DNA of 64,000 nucleotides, from the NCBI RefSeq assembly GCF_963853765.1, contig NC_088857.1:56730001-56794000 (forward strand). The letters are read 5' to 3'. The stretch is from Magallana gigas (Eukaryota). Position 1 is the stretch's first letter, and each line of letters begins with the position of its first letter. Below, one piece after another: positions 12,925-25,200 of the stretch. The notes under the pieces were generated by a model. It was not told the DNA's origin. It worked only from the letters and a program-made list of their open reading frames with translations, and did not search any database. The translations under genes were made by a program, and so were the position numbers.

Positions 12925-13094
12925 AAGCATACCGTTTTATTTTCCTTTCAGTCGGAATTGTATTTATAAAGATGCGCGAGGTTTTTCTTCTTTAGAGAAC
13001 AGAGTCAGTGCTTAGTGGTCTCCTTGCTCCAGTCTCACAATATATTGAGGATACTTTGTTGAATCGAAGGAGCGATACTATATATAGATTGCTC

Positions 13095-13243
13095 CTTCGC
13101 CTTCGCACGTACCCTCGCACTAGCGAAGATGACCCTCGCACTCTCGCCTTCGGAACTTCGCCGTCGCATATCTTCGCATTTTCGCTCCCTTGCCTTCGCA
13201 ACTTAGCATTTTTGCCTTCGCAACTTCGCACTCTCGCACCATC
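13095..13243 (+). repeat. Degenerate TCGC-rich low-complexity tract
   Basis: About a dozen (T/C)TCGC motifs, all on the same strand. Confidence 0.7.
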
Positions 13244-13960
13244 GGAGCACCATATTTAATACACTTGTTACTAAAGAGTGTTCGTCTTCGGCAAATTTAT
13301 ACATATAAAGACAGGGACGTATATACTAACGGGATTGGCAACTCTCGCAAGTCTCGCCGAATTTCGTTGGTCATTTTTAACTTCATATATCTATGATATT
13401 ACCTGATGTATCGATATAAAACCTTTAAAAAACTATCTTGAAATTATTCAAGAATTGTTATTTGTACTTTATTAACCTGATCTGGTCATAATTACGACGG
13501 AGTTCTCATAACCCCGAGACCCGTTTTTGCCCCATTTCCGAGTATTTCTGTTGGAAGGGGCAGATTCCCCCCCCCCCCCCCCCCCCTCCAAAAAAAACCC
13601 ATTCTCAAAATTTAACTTTTTAAAACAAATATATTTTTATTATAATACGTTAATATAAGTATAGAAAAATAAGACGATATTTGTACATTAAATGGGGTAA
13701 TGGGGTTGGGACAGTAGAATTAAACGGAAATAAACCTGAAGATATGTAATAGGATAAAAAGGAAGGGTTGTATTTCAAAGAAATACTCATTTCATACACT
13801 CATTTCTCCATGTTTTTTATATTTAAAGAAAATATATACATACAGTTCATTGTATCTGATTTGATACACAAATCACATTTTTGGTACCTCCCCTCCCCTT
13901 GTCTTAGAAATAAAACATGCACTCAAATCAGACTCCGAAACCACTGTATGTATTTTATCT

Positions 13961-14018
13961 GAAGAAAACTACAAGAACAATAGACAAACTCCACCAAATT
14001 GTATGAAATATATTTAAT
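13961..14018 (-). terminator. Candidate polyadenylation signal of the mucin gene (ATTAAA plus GU-rich downstream element)
   Basis: ATTAAA at 14013-14018 on the minus strand, followed by TTGGTGGAGTTTGTCTATTGTTCTTGTAGTTTTCTTC. This implies a 3' UTR of about 1.3 kb. Confidence 0.35.
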
Positions 14019-15293
14019 TCATAAAAATATTAATATAAAAATATAAGATATATTAAATAGAATTTGTAAACAATTGAACCTCATAGATGCATCAACATAT
14101 ATTTTTATAAGCAAATTAGGGAGAGAACTTTAAGAATCACAAAAATAAGACATGTTCAATTTTGTTCAAGTGTGTTCAACATAAATTGACTTTAACACAG
14201 GTATAAATATTAAAACAACATAAATAATCACAAGCTAGCTACCATAGTATAGAGTTGATCATGATGAAATGCTATATTTTGCACAGACTTTCTCAATCTG
14301 CCTCCCCCATACCCCACTATATAGTGTAAACATCTGAACTTCCATAATGAATAGATGGACGGATAAGTATAGTACACAGACTATCAGCAGAAGTAGTAAT
14401 GTACCTTCCTGAGTCAATCAGTAGTTCTGATACACCCCGCTACAGCTCTGGAACGAGCAATAGCATGTCAGAATGTTCAGCTGAATTTAACCAGATTAAT
14501 ATTGAACAGGGGGATAAGGGGCAGTCGGTCTTTACTTTCTGAATCATTTACAAAATTAATCGAACTATGATTGGCTGGAAAGACTTTAGAAGAACCTCAG
14601 ATGTGTATACTGTGTATAGTTAAATATTAAAACAATGTCATGGAATGTGAAATAAAGCAATACATGTACAACATAAGATCTAGTTTCTACAGTGTACCAT
14701 AGGCCTCCACTCTAGTTCATTGGCCGTGTTTCTTACTGATATAGTGAGCCACTAAACAAGAGAGCCAGAGTCTCCCTTCTCCACGTTTGTTGCATAGAAT
14801 GTATCAAAGCTTACACTCACAACAAGTTAAAACACATGAATTAAACAATCTGGCAAGTGGACATATCAGTCAAGAATAATAGCTGAACACAAAGAAAATC
14901 TCATGAAAGGGAAACAACTCTATAAGAACCAGACTGTCTGTATCTCTACAAACAACTCCCACGAGGATTGCATTATACATAATAAACAATATTCGTCTAC
15001 TAAACTAGTATTTCTATGTTTCCACACTAGATAATGCACTGACTATTTAGTGATGCATCTTGATCCCACAAAGATGAAATGCTTAGCACTTCAACAAACA
15101 AAGAACAAATAAAAACACAAAGAGTTTGATATCAGCACCAATACAAGTCTGTGAAACTAATGGAGATGGCGGGCATGAGATGGATGTGGCGATGTCTCGT
15201 TAAGTTAAGGATGATTATGTAAGTCTTTGGTTGGTTCCTTCACCAGGAAGGATTATGTAGCCTACATCTTTGGTTGGATCCTTCATCAGGAAG

Positions 15294-16250
15294 CTACGCT
15301 TCAGACCCAAAGTCTTCCTGTAAAAGAAAATAAAACCCAGCTAATAAAGTACCAGTACCGATATTGCATAATTATACCAAAATTTATTTATTAACACATT
15401 GATTACAAGACTAAATAAACTGAAAACCTAAAATACAAGACTTAATCAAACGATCTTAAAATAGACGCAAAACACTCTTAAAGTAGACAATAATAGAATA
15501 AACCGAATATTACCATATAAGGAGCTGTGGGCGTTTGTTCAAAACTAGGTCTATCTATGCGAAACTGTAACAGAAGAAATATATAAATTCATCTAAAAAA
15601 CCTATTAAATAATACTCACAGAATGTAAAGACAACAGTATAATACAAAGAAGCATCTAACTTAATTTTAGAACACATACTTTTTCTTTGGCAAAATGTTT
15701 CCTAAAACCAGGTGTTATATTATGTAAAATCAAAACATGTACCGGTATATATATTTTCACATGAAATAAGAGAAATTTAAGCCTGCTTTGCTGGGTGTTA
15801 TGTGTTTGATATACTCCAGAATTATGACAAGTTTATTTGAAGCTTAGTTTACCTCCTCCTTGGGATCCAGTGTATTGAACAGAAAGTCCCAGGAAAAGTT
15901 GGAGGAGGGAGGGAGGTCTTCTCTACGAGATTCTGAAAAACAGGAATCGAAAAAATCCAGAAATCTTGTCAAACCAAAATCACTCATTTTTAACGAGTAA
16001 AAAGATACACACTACAGAGGTTAATATTACTATGAGGTGAAATCACTCACCGAAATAGGAGCTTTCATTGAAGGTGTCTCCTTCAGGTCTATAAAACCTG
16101 TTCCCGTAGCTGAAGGGCAGCTCAGGGAATTCCTGCTGTTGTCTCTGGGAGTCAATGATGTCCCTGGGCTGCTGACCAAAGGGGGATGCTCCAAACATTC
16201 CCACCCCCAGTCCCCCAAACTCCTGGGGTTTGTGTCCTGAAATCTTGGAG
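15294..16250 (-). CDS. Mucin cytoplasmic tail exons (16051-16250, 15853-15932, 15514-15564, 15294-15317)
   Basis: ...FNESSYF|[27 protein letters not shown]|[17 protein letters not shown]|EDFGSEA*; phases are continuous. Confidence 0.82.
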
Positions 16251-19200
16251 CTGACAGAGCCAAATGCTGCCCGGATATGGTAGCTATAGTAAAAATCATG
16301 TCAAAAAATGAATTCTTTTCATTCAAATCCATGGTTTAAATAATCAAGAAAGAATACAGAAAACAGGTTATATAAATACACAAGAGCACCTTTTCATAAG
16401 ACCACGAAACTATCAAATACTCAACTATATATAATATTTTCCAAATAAAGTTCACAGTATCAACTATCTTATAAATAATATAAACTCCAACGGTTCAGAT
16501 AAGAAATTAATAGTGTTTGAATAGGCTGAAAAAGAAAAAAAATCAATCAAGTTGCCTAAAAGCATCAATTAATACTCACGGATCTACGGACGAGAACTCT
16601 GAGTCTGTGCTGGACCGTCGGGCCCGCCTACGTCGACGACAGAGGAGACACATCAGTAGTAGAACCAGGAGGGAGAGGATCAGCCCCAGGGGTAGACCCA
16701 GACCCAGGCCAAGAATCAGGTCAATGTTAGAGGGTACTGTAAACACAAGTTATCTCCCTTATTAATCACTCCGTATTCTAATATTAGAGAATGCTAATGA
16801 TGATGATGACACTGATAAACAATTCTTTATAAGTCTACCAATATAAGTATATTCAAGTAAAACACAAATATTGAATGAGCCTGACCTTCTGTTTGTGCGG
16901 GGGTGGTAACAGTTGTGGCTGGGGCTGCCCTGTAAATGAGAAAAAGGCTTCTAATCATGACATTTAATTACCAATTGGTTTGACACAAAGAGGTTTATTT
17001 ACACAATTGCAAATCCAGAAAAAGAGGTTTACTATATTATTACCGACATCAAGGAGACATAAAAAGATGTGAAATCCGAGGACAAGCACTTACACACACT
17101 GGTATTCATTTGTTGCCTTTACACAGATTTGTTGTGGAGAGCATGTGTAGCATATCACTGCGACTGTAAAATAATGGATCATTGTAAGATAATGGATCAT
17201 TGTAAAATAATGGATCATTGTAAAATAATGGATTATTGATGGAGCTTCAATGCATAGAAGATGGTGGATCACTGATGGAGGTTTAATGCATAGAAGATGA
17301 TGGATCACTGATGGAGGTTTAATGCATAGTAGATGATGGCCCATCCCTGATAGAGATTTAATGCATAGAAGATGATGGCCCATCCCTGATAGAGGTTTAA
17401 TGCATGGAAGATGATGGCCCATCCCTGATAGAGGTTTAATGTATAGAAGATGATGGCCAATCCCTGATAGATGTTTAATGCATGGAAGATGATGGCCCAT
17501 CCCTGATAGAGGTTTAATGCATAGAAGATGATGGCCCATCCCTGATAGAGTTTTAATGCATGGAAGATGATGGCCCATCCCTGATAGAGATTAAATGCAT
17601 GGAAAATGATGGCCCATCCCTGATAGAGGTTTAATGCATGGAAGATGATTGCCCACCCCTGATAGAGGTTTTATGAATGGAAGATGATGGCCCATCCCTG
17701 ATAGAGATTTAATGTATAGAAGATGATGGCCAATCCCTGATAGAGGTTTAATGCAAGGAAAATGATGGCCCATCCCTGATAGAGGTTTAATGCATAGAAG
17801 ATGATGGCCCATCCCTGATAGAGTTTTAATGCATGGAAGATGATGGCCCATCCCTGATAGAGATTAAATGCATGGAAAATGATGGCCCATCCCTGATAGA
17901 GGTTTAATGCATGGAAGATGATTGCCCACCCCTGATAGAGGTTTTATGAATGGAAGATGATGGCCCATCCCTGATAGAGATTTAATGTATAGAAGATGAT
18001 GGCCAATCCCTGATAGAGGTTTAATGCAAGGAAAATGATGGCCCATCCCTGATAGAGATTTAATGCATGGAAGATGATGGCCCATCCCTGATAGAGGTTT
18101 AATGCATAGAAGATGATGGCCAATCCCTGATAGAGGTTTAATGCATGGAAGATGATGGCCCATCCCTGATAGAGGTTTAATGCATGGAAGATGATGGCCC
18201 ATCCCTGATAGAGATTTAATGCATGGAAGATGATGGCCCATCCCTGATAGAGGTTTAATGCATAGAAGATGATGGCCGATCACTGATAGAGGTTTAATGC
18301 ATAGAAGATGATGGCCCATCCTTGATAGAGGTGTAATGTATAGAAGATGATGGCCTATTACTGATAGAGATTTAATGCATAGAAGATGATGGCCTATCAC
18401 TGATAGAGATTTAATGCATAGAAGATGATGGCCCATCCCTTATAGAGATTTAATGCATAGAAGATGGATCACTGATAGAGGTGAAGACCTCGTAAGTTGT
18501 TAGAACTTGTGTCCTAACCATTTGCATACATATGTTATATATGTTCAAATCAAATCAGAGGTTTAATGCATAGAAGATAAGATAGAATAATCAAATACAT
18601 GATGTATATATAATAGCAAAGCGAATTTATAGTAATCCATGTCAGAATTCATAGTCCAAAAAACATCTAGTACACATAAATAGTCAATTAAAACATATAT
18701 TGCACACAATAATAACAATCGTGCATGTACATCTGATAGGGGTTATTCTATCTTTGTTCATGCACTAGCTTTTTTTAAAGGAAACCAAAAAGGTGTAAAA
18801 TATTGAAAGCATAATAATCTAAATTTAATTAGAACACATGTATTCATGCAGTCCCTGTTGACTGAGGGTGAGCATGTCTCTGATTCTTATTTAAACACAT
18901 TTTATTGAGAAATCAAATGGATTGTGTAACAGACAAAGCCTATATAAACTCTCTCAAGAAATGGATTCTCCTTCAGTACATGGGTCTCCGTGTGTTTGTC
19001 TGGAGACTTACTGAGGCTGGTGGAATTTCCTATGTAAGTCTGGTTGTTGAGGGCCACACAGCTGGGGTCTAGGTTCAGGCACTTCTTGCTGTCCACCGTC
19101 TGATATAGCATCTGCCCGACCGTCCGTCTGACCCCCTCCGTCACACTGGTGTTCAGTGATACGTGGGCAACAATCTGGGTTTTCGAGTTTGATATCTCCC

Positions 19201-22200
19201 TAGTAGGAATATAGATATTATGTAGTTAATTAACATGTGTACTTTCACATCAAGTGATCGAGTTATATGTGTAAACTCCTCATTTCAAAGAAAAAAATTA
19301 AAATTTTATCTCTCACCTAAACTCGCTGACATAGATCTCTTCAATGTTTGTCAGGTTCAGTATTGTACCAAGCTGCAAGAAATCAAATCATTAATTTTAC
19401 ATTTATAACAAGAACCTACAGGAATAAAAGTTATTTGTTTTTTTAAAATAATCAAAGATCAGTTCTTGTGTAACTAAGTTTTGTTTTTTTGTCATTGACA
19501 GAATGACCTAAAAAGGAGCCAAAAATAATACTCTTAACATTTTATGAAATATCTATGTCATAACAAAACATCCTCAACCTTTGACCTTGAACTGTATTCT
19601 ATGCATTCACCAAGGTCACTTTTCCAGATAACAAAAATAAAGTGACCACACTTGAGTATATCTCTAATTTGTTTTCCAAGCTTACATAACTTTTCAGAAG
19701 AAGGATTTATAAACCAAGATGGAAGTAGAGATGTCTTACAGAGGATGCGATCTTGTCCGAGTACTCTTTGAATCCGGGGCTACGGGAGTCATTGAGAGCG
19801 GGATCAAAGTCCCTCTCCAAGGACAGCTGTACCATCAAAGTCTTGTCCTCATCTACAATCACAATTAAACATTATAAGGAAGAGATACACATTACAATAT
19901 ATAGGTAAAGATTAACAGAAAGCTACAAAATATGTTATTATTCCAAGGGCAAACTGCTTTGATGGCTGGTTTTGATGCCAATTCTTTTTATTATTGATAG
20001 TTTTGTACTCACCAAGGGAAGATCTATAAAAACAAGAAAATAAAATATAACAGAGATATAATGGTGCTGCAATGATACAGATTTTAAAATTTACTACCCA
20101 TATGTAGCAATATAACATTACATTAAATCCTATGGAAATAGTCAGTGGCATTGTGATTATAATAAGTAGATTTCTCTGCATTTTTACAGACTTAAGTGAT
20201 GAGATGTGACTGTGTGTACATGTACTAACCTGCAGAGGTACTCAGAAGCAGTGTGGAAGTAACAAGATTGTGGACACAGCACACACTGGGCAGGCTCTAC
20301 ACAAAGACATCACAATCAAATGTATGAACAGCATATGAAACAATGTAATACAAATGCTGTATCATGAATGAACTACCAGCATAGGAAAACAATCTAATAT
20401 AATTATTGGTATCAGGTGCATTAACTTTTTATTTGTAAATGTACGTCGTTCGTCTTTCCCGATCATTCTTTGTGGTTGACTGGTACTCACCTTGACTGGT
20501 TCCTACAGTAGGTTCACGCAGGATATTGTACTTGGAAAGTCTGACACTGATTTTGGAGCGTCGGAGGTTTACCAGAGCAGAGCTCACATTGGCTATGTCC
20601 TCGGGGGTAACATCTCTGTCCATCACCAGGTAGAACTCCACAGTCGTATTGCCAGACCTAATCACAATGAATGGCATAAAGAATGAATTATCTTTATAAT
20701 AAAGCAGTGCAGAGGAATTGAGATTCATTAGCTACTTAATTGAGAGCACTCGAAATCTGTCAGATTGTGAACTTACTGTGCAGCATCTTTCCTGAAATAA
20801 AAAGAAAACATCATATTAAGTCTCCTCATTGTTATATCTATTAAACATAAAGACAAATTCTCTCAATCATTTAGTAACAATGTTTCACTTAGTTCACATG
20901 ATGCAGCCAGCTGGAAGAATTTCTCACCTGAATTTTGTAACTACAGGTACAACATTTTCGAAACCAGGTATCTCTCTGAAGGATTTTCTCAACTGTGAAA
21001 CATAAAGTATAATGATGTAAAATGTAATTATTATAATTTTTAAACAGGCCAGTGCATGTATAAATAAAATCACAAGGAAATTATAAATTGATTATTATGA
21101 TAGTATAAAATTATGATTAGCAATAAAAAAAAAAGCCCAATACAGTTTCAAAGTCAAATAAAATTTATATTTTGGGGTAGTTAGAGTATCTGATCAGACA
21201 GGAATGTTTCATTGCTGGTACACTAACAATTAAGACTGGTACACTAACAAGACTGGTACACTAACAAGACTGGTACACTAACAAGACTGGTACACTAACA
21301 AGTCTTTGTGTCTGACACTGAGTTTACTTACAGTCAGGTACACTAACAAGACTGGTACACTAACAAGACTGGTAAACTAACAAGACTGGTACACTAACAA
21401 GACTGGTACACTAACAAGACTGGTACACTAACAAGACTGGTACACTAACAAGTCTTTGTGTCTGACACTGAGCTTACTTACAGTCAGGTACACTAACAAG
21501 ACTGGTACACTAACAAGACTGGTAAACTAACAAGACTGGTACACTAACAAGACTGGTACACTAACAAGACTGGTACACTAACAAGACTGGTACACTTACA
21601 AGACTGGTACACTAACAAGACTGGTACACTAACAAGACTGGTACACTAACAAAACTTGTACACTAACAAGACTGGTACACTAACAAGACTTGTACACTAA
21701 CAAGACTGGTACACTTACAAGACTTGTACACTAACAAGACTGGTACACTAACAAGACTTTGTGTCTGACACTGAGTTTACTTACAGTCAGGTACACTAAC
21801 AAGACTGGTACACTAACAAGACTGGAACACTAACAAGACTGGTACACTAACAAGACTGGTACACTAACAAGACTGGTACACTAACAAGACTGGTACACTA
21901 ACAAGACTGGTACACTAACAAGACTGGTACACTTACAAGACTTGTACACTAACAAGACTGGTACACTAACAAGACTGGTACACTAACAAGACTGGTACAC
22001 TAACAAGACTTGTACACTAACAAGACTGGTACACTAACAAGACTGGTACACTAACAAGACTGGTACACTAACAAGACTGGTACACTAACAAGACTGGTAC
22101 ACTTACAAGACTTGTACACTAACAAGACTGGTACACTAACAAGACTTTGTGTCTGACACTGAGTTTACTTACAGTCAGGTACACTAACAAGACTGGTACA

Positions 22201-25200
22201 CTAACAAGACTGGTACACTAACAAGACTGGTACACTTACAAGACTGGTACACTAACAAGACTGGTACACTAACAAGACTTTGTGTCTGACACTGAGTTTA
22301 CTTACAGTCAGGTACACTAACAAGACTGGTACACTAACAAGACTGGTAAACTAACAAGACTGGTACACTAACAAGACTGGTACACTAACAAGACTGGTAC
22401 ACTAACAAGACTGGTACACTAACAAGACTGGTACACTAACAAGTCTTTGTGTCTGACACTGAGTTTACTTACAGAGTCCTCAAAGTCTTTCTTGGTGTTC
22501 TTGTAGATGGCAGTTGGGGGGTGGAAAAGGTCCTCCAGGAAGGGGTAATCGGTGGTCATGTTGACAGGGATCTTGTTGTCTATGGCTACAAACATCAAAC
22601 AAGATGTGTAATAGCTTGTGTAATGACCAGGGTATCAGTCATAATATATAATTAAGTAATAGATGGGGAGGCGTGAACAGACCAATACGAGAAGTCAGGT
22701 AACCTACCAACACAAGTTTCGTTGTCTTGTGGGTTTAAGCGAGAGTTCGAGCTGCAGTAACATTCAGGGTTTCCATCCTTGATTCTACAGGCATAAGAAC
22801 AGTTCTTTGCAGCATTACAGGGATCCAAATCTGAAAAAATGTACAAGTCTAATATTTAAACAAATCTATCAAATGATAAGTATTCAAAATCAGTACTGTA
22901 TTATCATAACATGGAATGCTTTGCTGCTGCATTACAGCAAACAATTTAATTCAGTCATTACTTCTATTACGTCAAGTATATAATTGTTTCTATGAAATTC
23001 TGTCATGATCCGATTTATCTTTGCAAGCAGAATGCTATTAGTGGTTATATGACACCTGTGCTTACCTTGGACACAGGTGCGCTGGTCATCGGCCAGGTGG
23101 AAGCCCGTGTGACACTGACAGAAGAAGCTGCCCAGGGTGTCCACACAGATCTGTTGGCAGTCGTCACTCTTCAGAGTACACTCGTCCAGATCTGAAGTGG
23201 TATTCATGATCGTTAAAATATTTAAAACACAAGTGGAATTCATTGTTAGAATATTTAAAACACAGTAAAAATAACTAATTTAATCTTAATTAAGCCACCT
23301 GAAAACTGAAACATGACCACTATCTTTTAAATTAATTTAACAAAACAGCAAAGTTGAATATTTCTAATGCCATCATGGTAATAATAAGCATTGGTCATTA
23401 TTTTCCACACTATCATCTGATACAAAGCTGGACATAGGGCTCACTATGGCATGTCTTGTTGTCAGCGTCCAGTATGAATCCATCGCTACAGGAGCAGAGG
23501 AATCCACCGTCCATGTTGTAACAGCGCTGGGAACAGTCATGCTGGTTTGTCTCACACTCATTGATGTCTACAATTTAATCAAGGACGGTTAATGAAATTT
23601 CACAAATCCAGTAAACAAATTTCATCAAATTCAATAAACATGCTCACAAGAAAAGTCTTGGCTGCGATATTTATTGTTATTTTTGCATACAGAGATTCTG
23701 TATCCTTTCATTTTATAACTGGGTTTAATGCAAAACATGACAGATGGGAAAAAGATACCGCATCTCAATAGAATGTCCTTATATGTCCAAGTTCTTTTTA
23801 CACAATTTTGACTGTAATGTTTTGGTATATTACATGCAACATAAAGCATGTATCACATTTTCTTTTCACATACAATACCAGATGAGAGATGGTCATAAAT
23901 CTAGAGACTACAGCTAACAAAATGAAGTTGTATTAGCCTGTTGTTGTTAATCATGTTAATGCTAAGACCACTGTTTGACAGTAATAAGGTACCTGTGCAC
24001 TGTGTACTCTGACTGTTGGAGAGTTTGGTATATCCCGGATCACACTGACAGATGTAGGATGGCTCACGGTTCACGCAGTGAGAGTTCTCTCCGCACTTAT
24101 TGGTGGAGCTGTTGTGACATTCGTCTATGTCTGTCGAGCACTGGGCGCCGGTCCAGCCGGCCTCGCACACACACCCTCCCAGAGAGTCACAGTAAAGTGC
24201 CCCCACTCCACAGCCACACTGGTTCTCACAGCCAATGCCCCAACTGTCTGTCTTGTTACAACCTTAAATGAAGTTTTTAGTACTATGCTAAGGTTGCTCA
24301 ATAAAATTGATCAAAGAGGGTCATGATCGTGTGTCATAAATTCATTGGTCTCTGCTACATTAATACTATAATTATAAATTCTTGCAATATATCATCAAAA
24401 ACCTACTGAGCTCAACACAATACAATAAATTATATAGCATCTCAAATACCGATATTTCATGGATGTCAACATTCAGGTCACGGGGACCTAGAGAAATACC
24501 GGTACTCTGCTTACCTTGACACGTTTTCTTATCTGCCAGCAGAGCGGTTCCTGGGGGACAGGAGCAGTGGAATCCCCCCGCCGTGTTGTTACAGAGGTCA
24601 GAACAGCCATGTGCAATGTCAGCACACTCATCTATGTCTGTAAAAATTGTCATAAAAGAAATAAAATTTATGAATTTATTTACCAGTACTCATATAAACC
24701 TTACACTTTTATCATATTTATATTCATATACCTTATACACAAGTTTATTGTATACAAATTTTGGACCCTTTATGTTACATTTTCAATTAATTGCAAAAAA
24801 TCCTAACTTTTGATACATGCTCATGGTCTGGATATGTCTGCTACATATGTTGGAATGTTTGCTTGGGAAACTTTTAGTAAGTTTTTCAATATGTCAAATG
24901 TTTTGTCAAATTTATCAAAATGTAAACAATCTTAAAGGCAAACTCAGAAATATACTGTTAATTATACATTTTATTCCTCTTTTTCCACAATGTAATATCC
25001 ACTCAAATGCTTTGTTCGTATACACAGAAACCATTAATTTAACATAGTAAAAATATCTATTTTAACAGTAAATAGTTGATGCCAATAATCACAGATATTA
25101 AGTGTACCTGTGCACTGGTTGGAGGTCTGATTGAGCCGATATCCCTGGAGACAGAAGCAGAAGGGGGAGCCTGAGCTGTTGGTTGTACATCCTCCCAGCT

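Noticed and set aside
12992-13259. Arg-rich and Ser/Pro-rich ORFs on both strands
   Set aside because: Explained by the TCGC low-complexity tract.
16030-16332. ORF-track translation of the tail exon ([10 protein letters not shown]...)
   Set aside because: Wrong frame. Flanking phases require [13 protein letters not shown]...ESSYF.
17591-18436. His/Cys-rich repeat ORFs as a separate metal-binding protein gene
   Set aside because: They arise from a 39-bp (3n) intronic minisatellite, are broken by stops, and have no promoter or terminal-exon evidence.
21215-22472. CRISPR-like appearance of regular repeats (also 6413-7515 and 26030-27220)
   Set aside because: No unique spacers, no cas genes, and a eukaryotic intron context; these are minisatellites.
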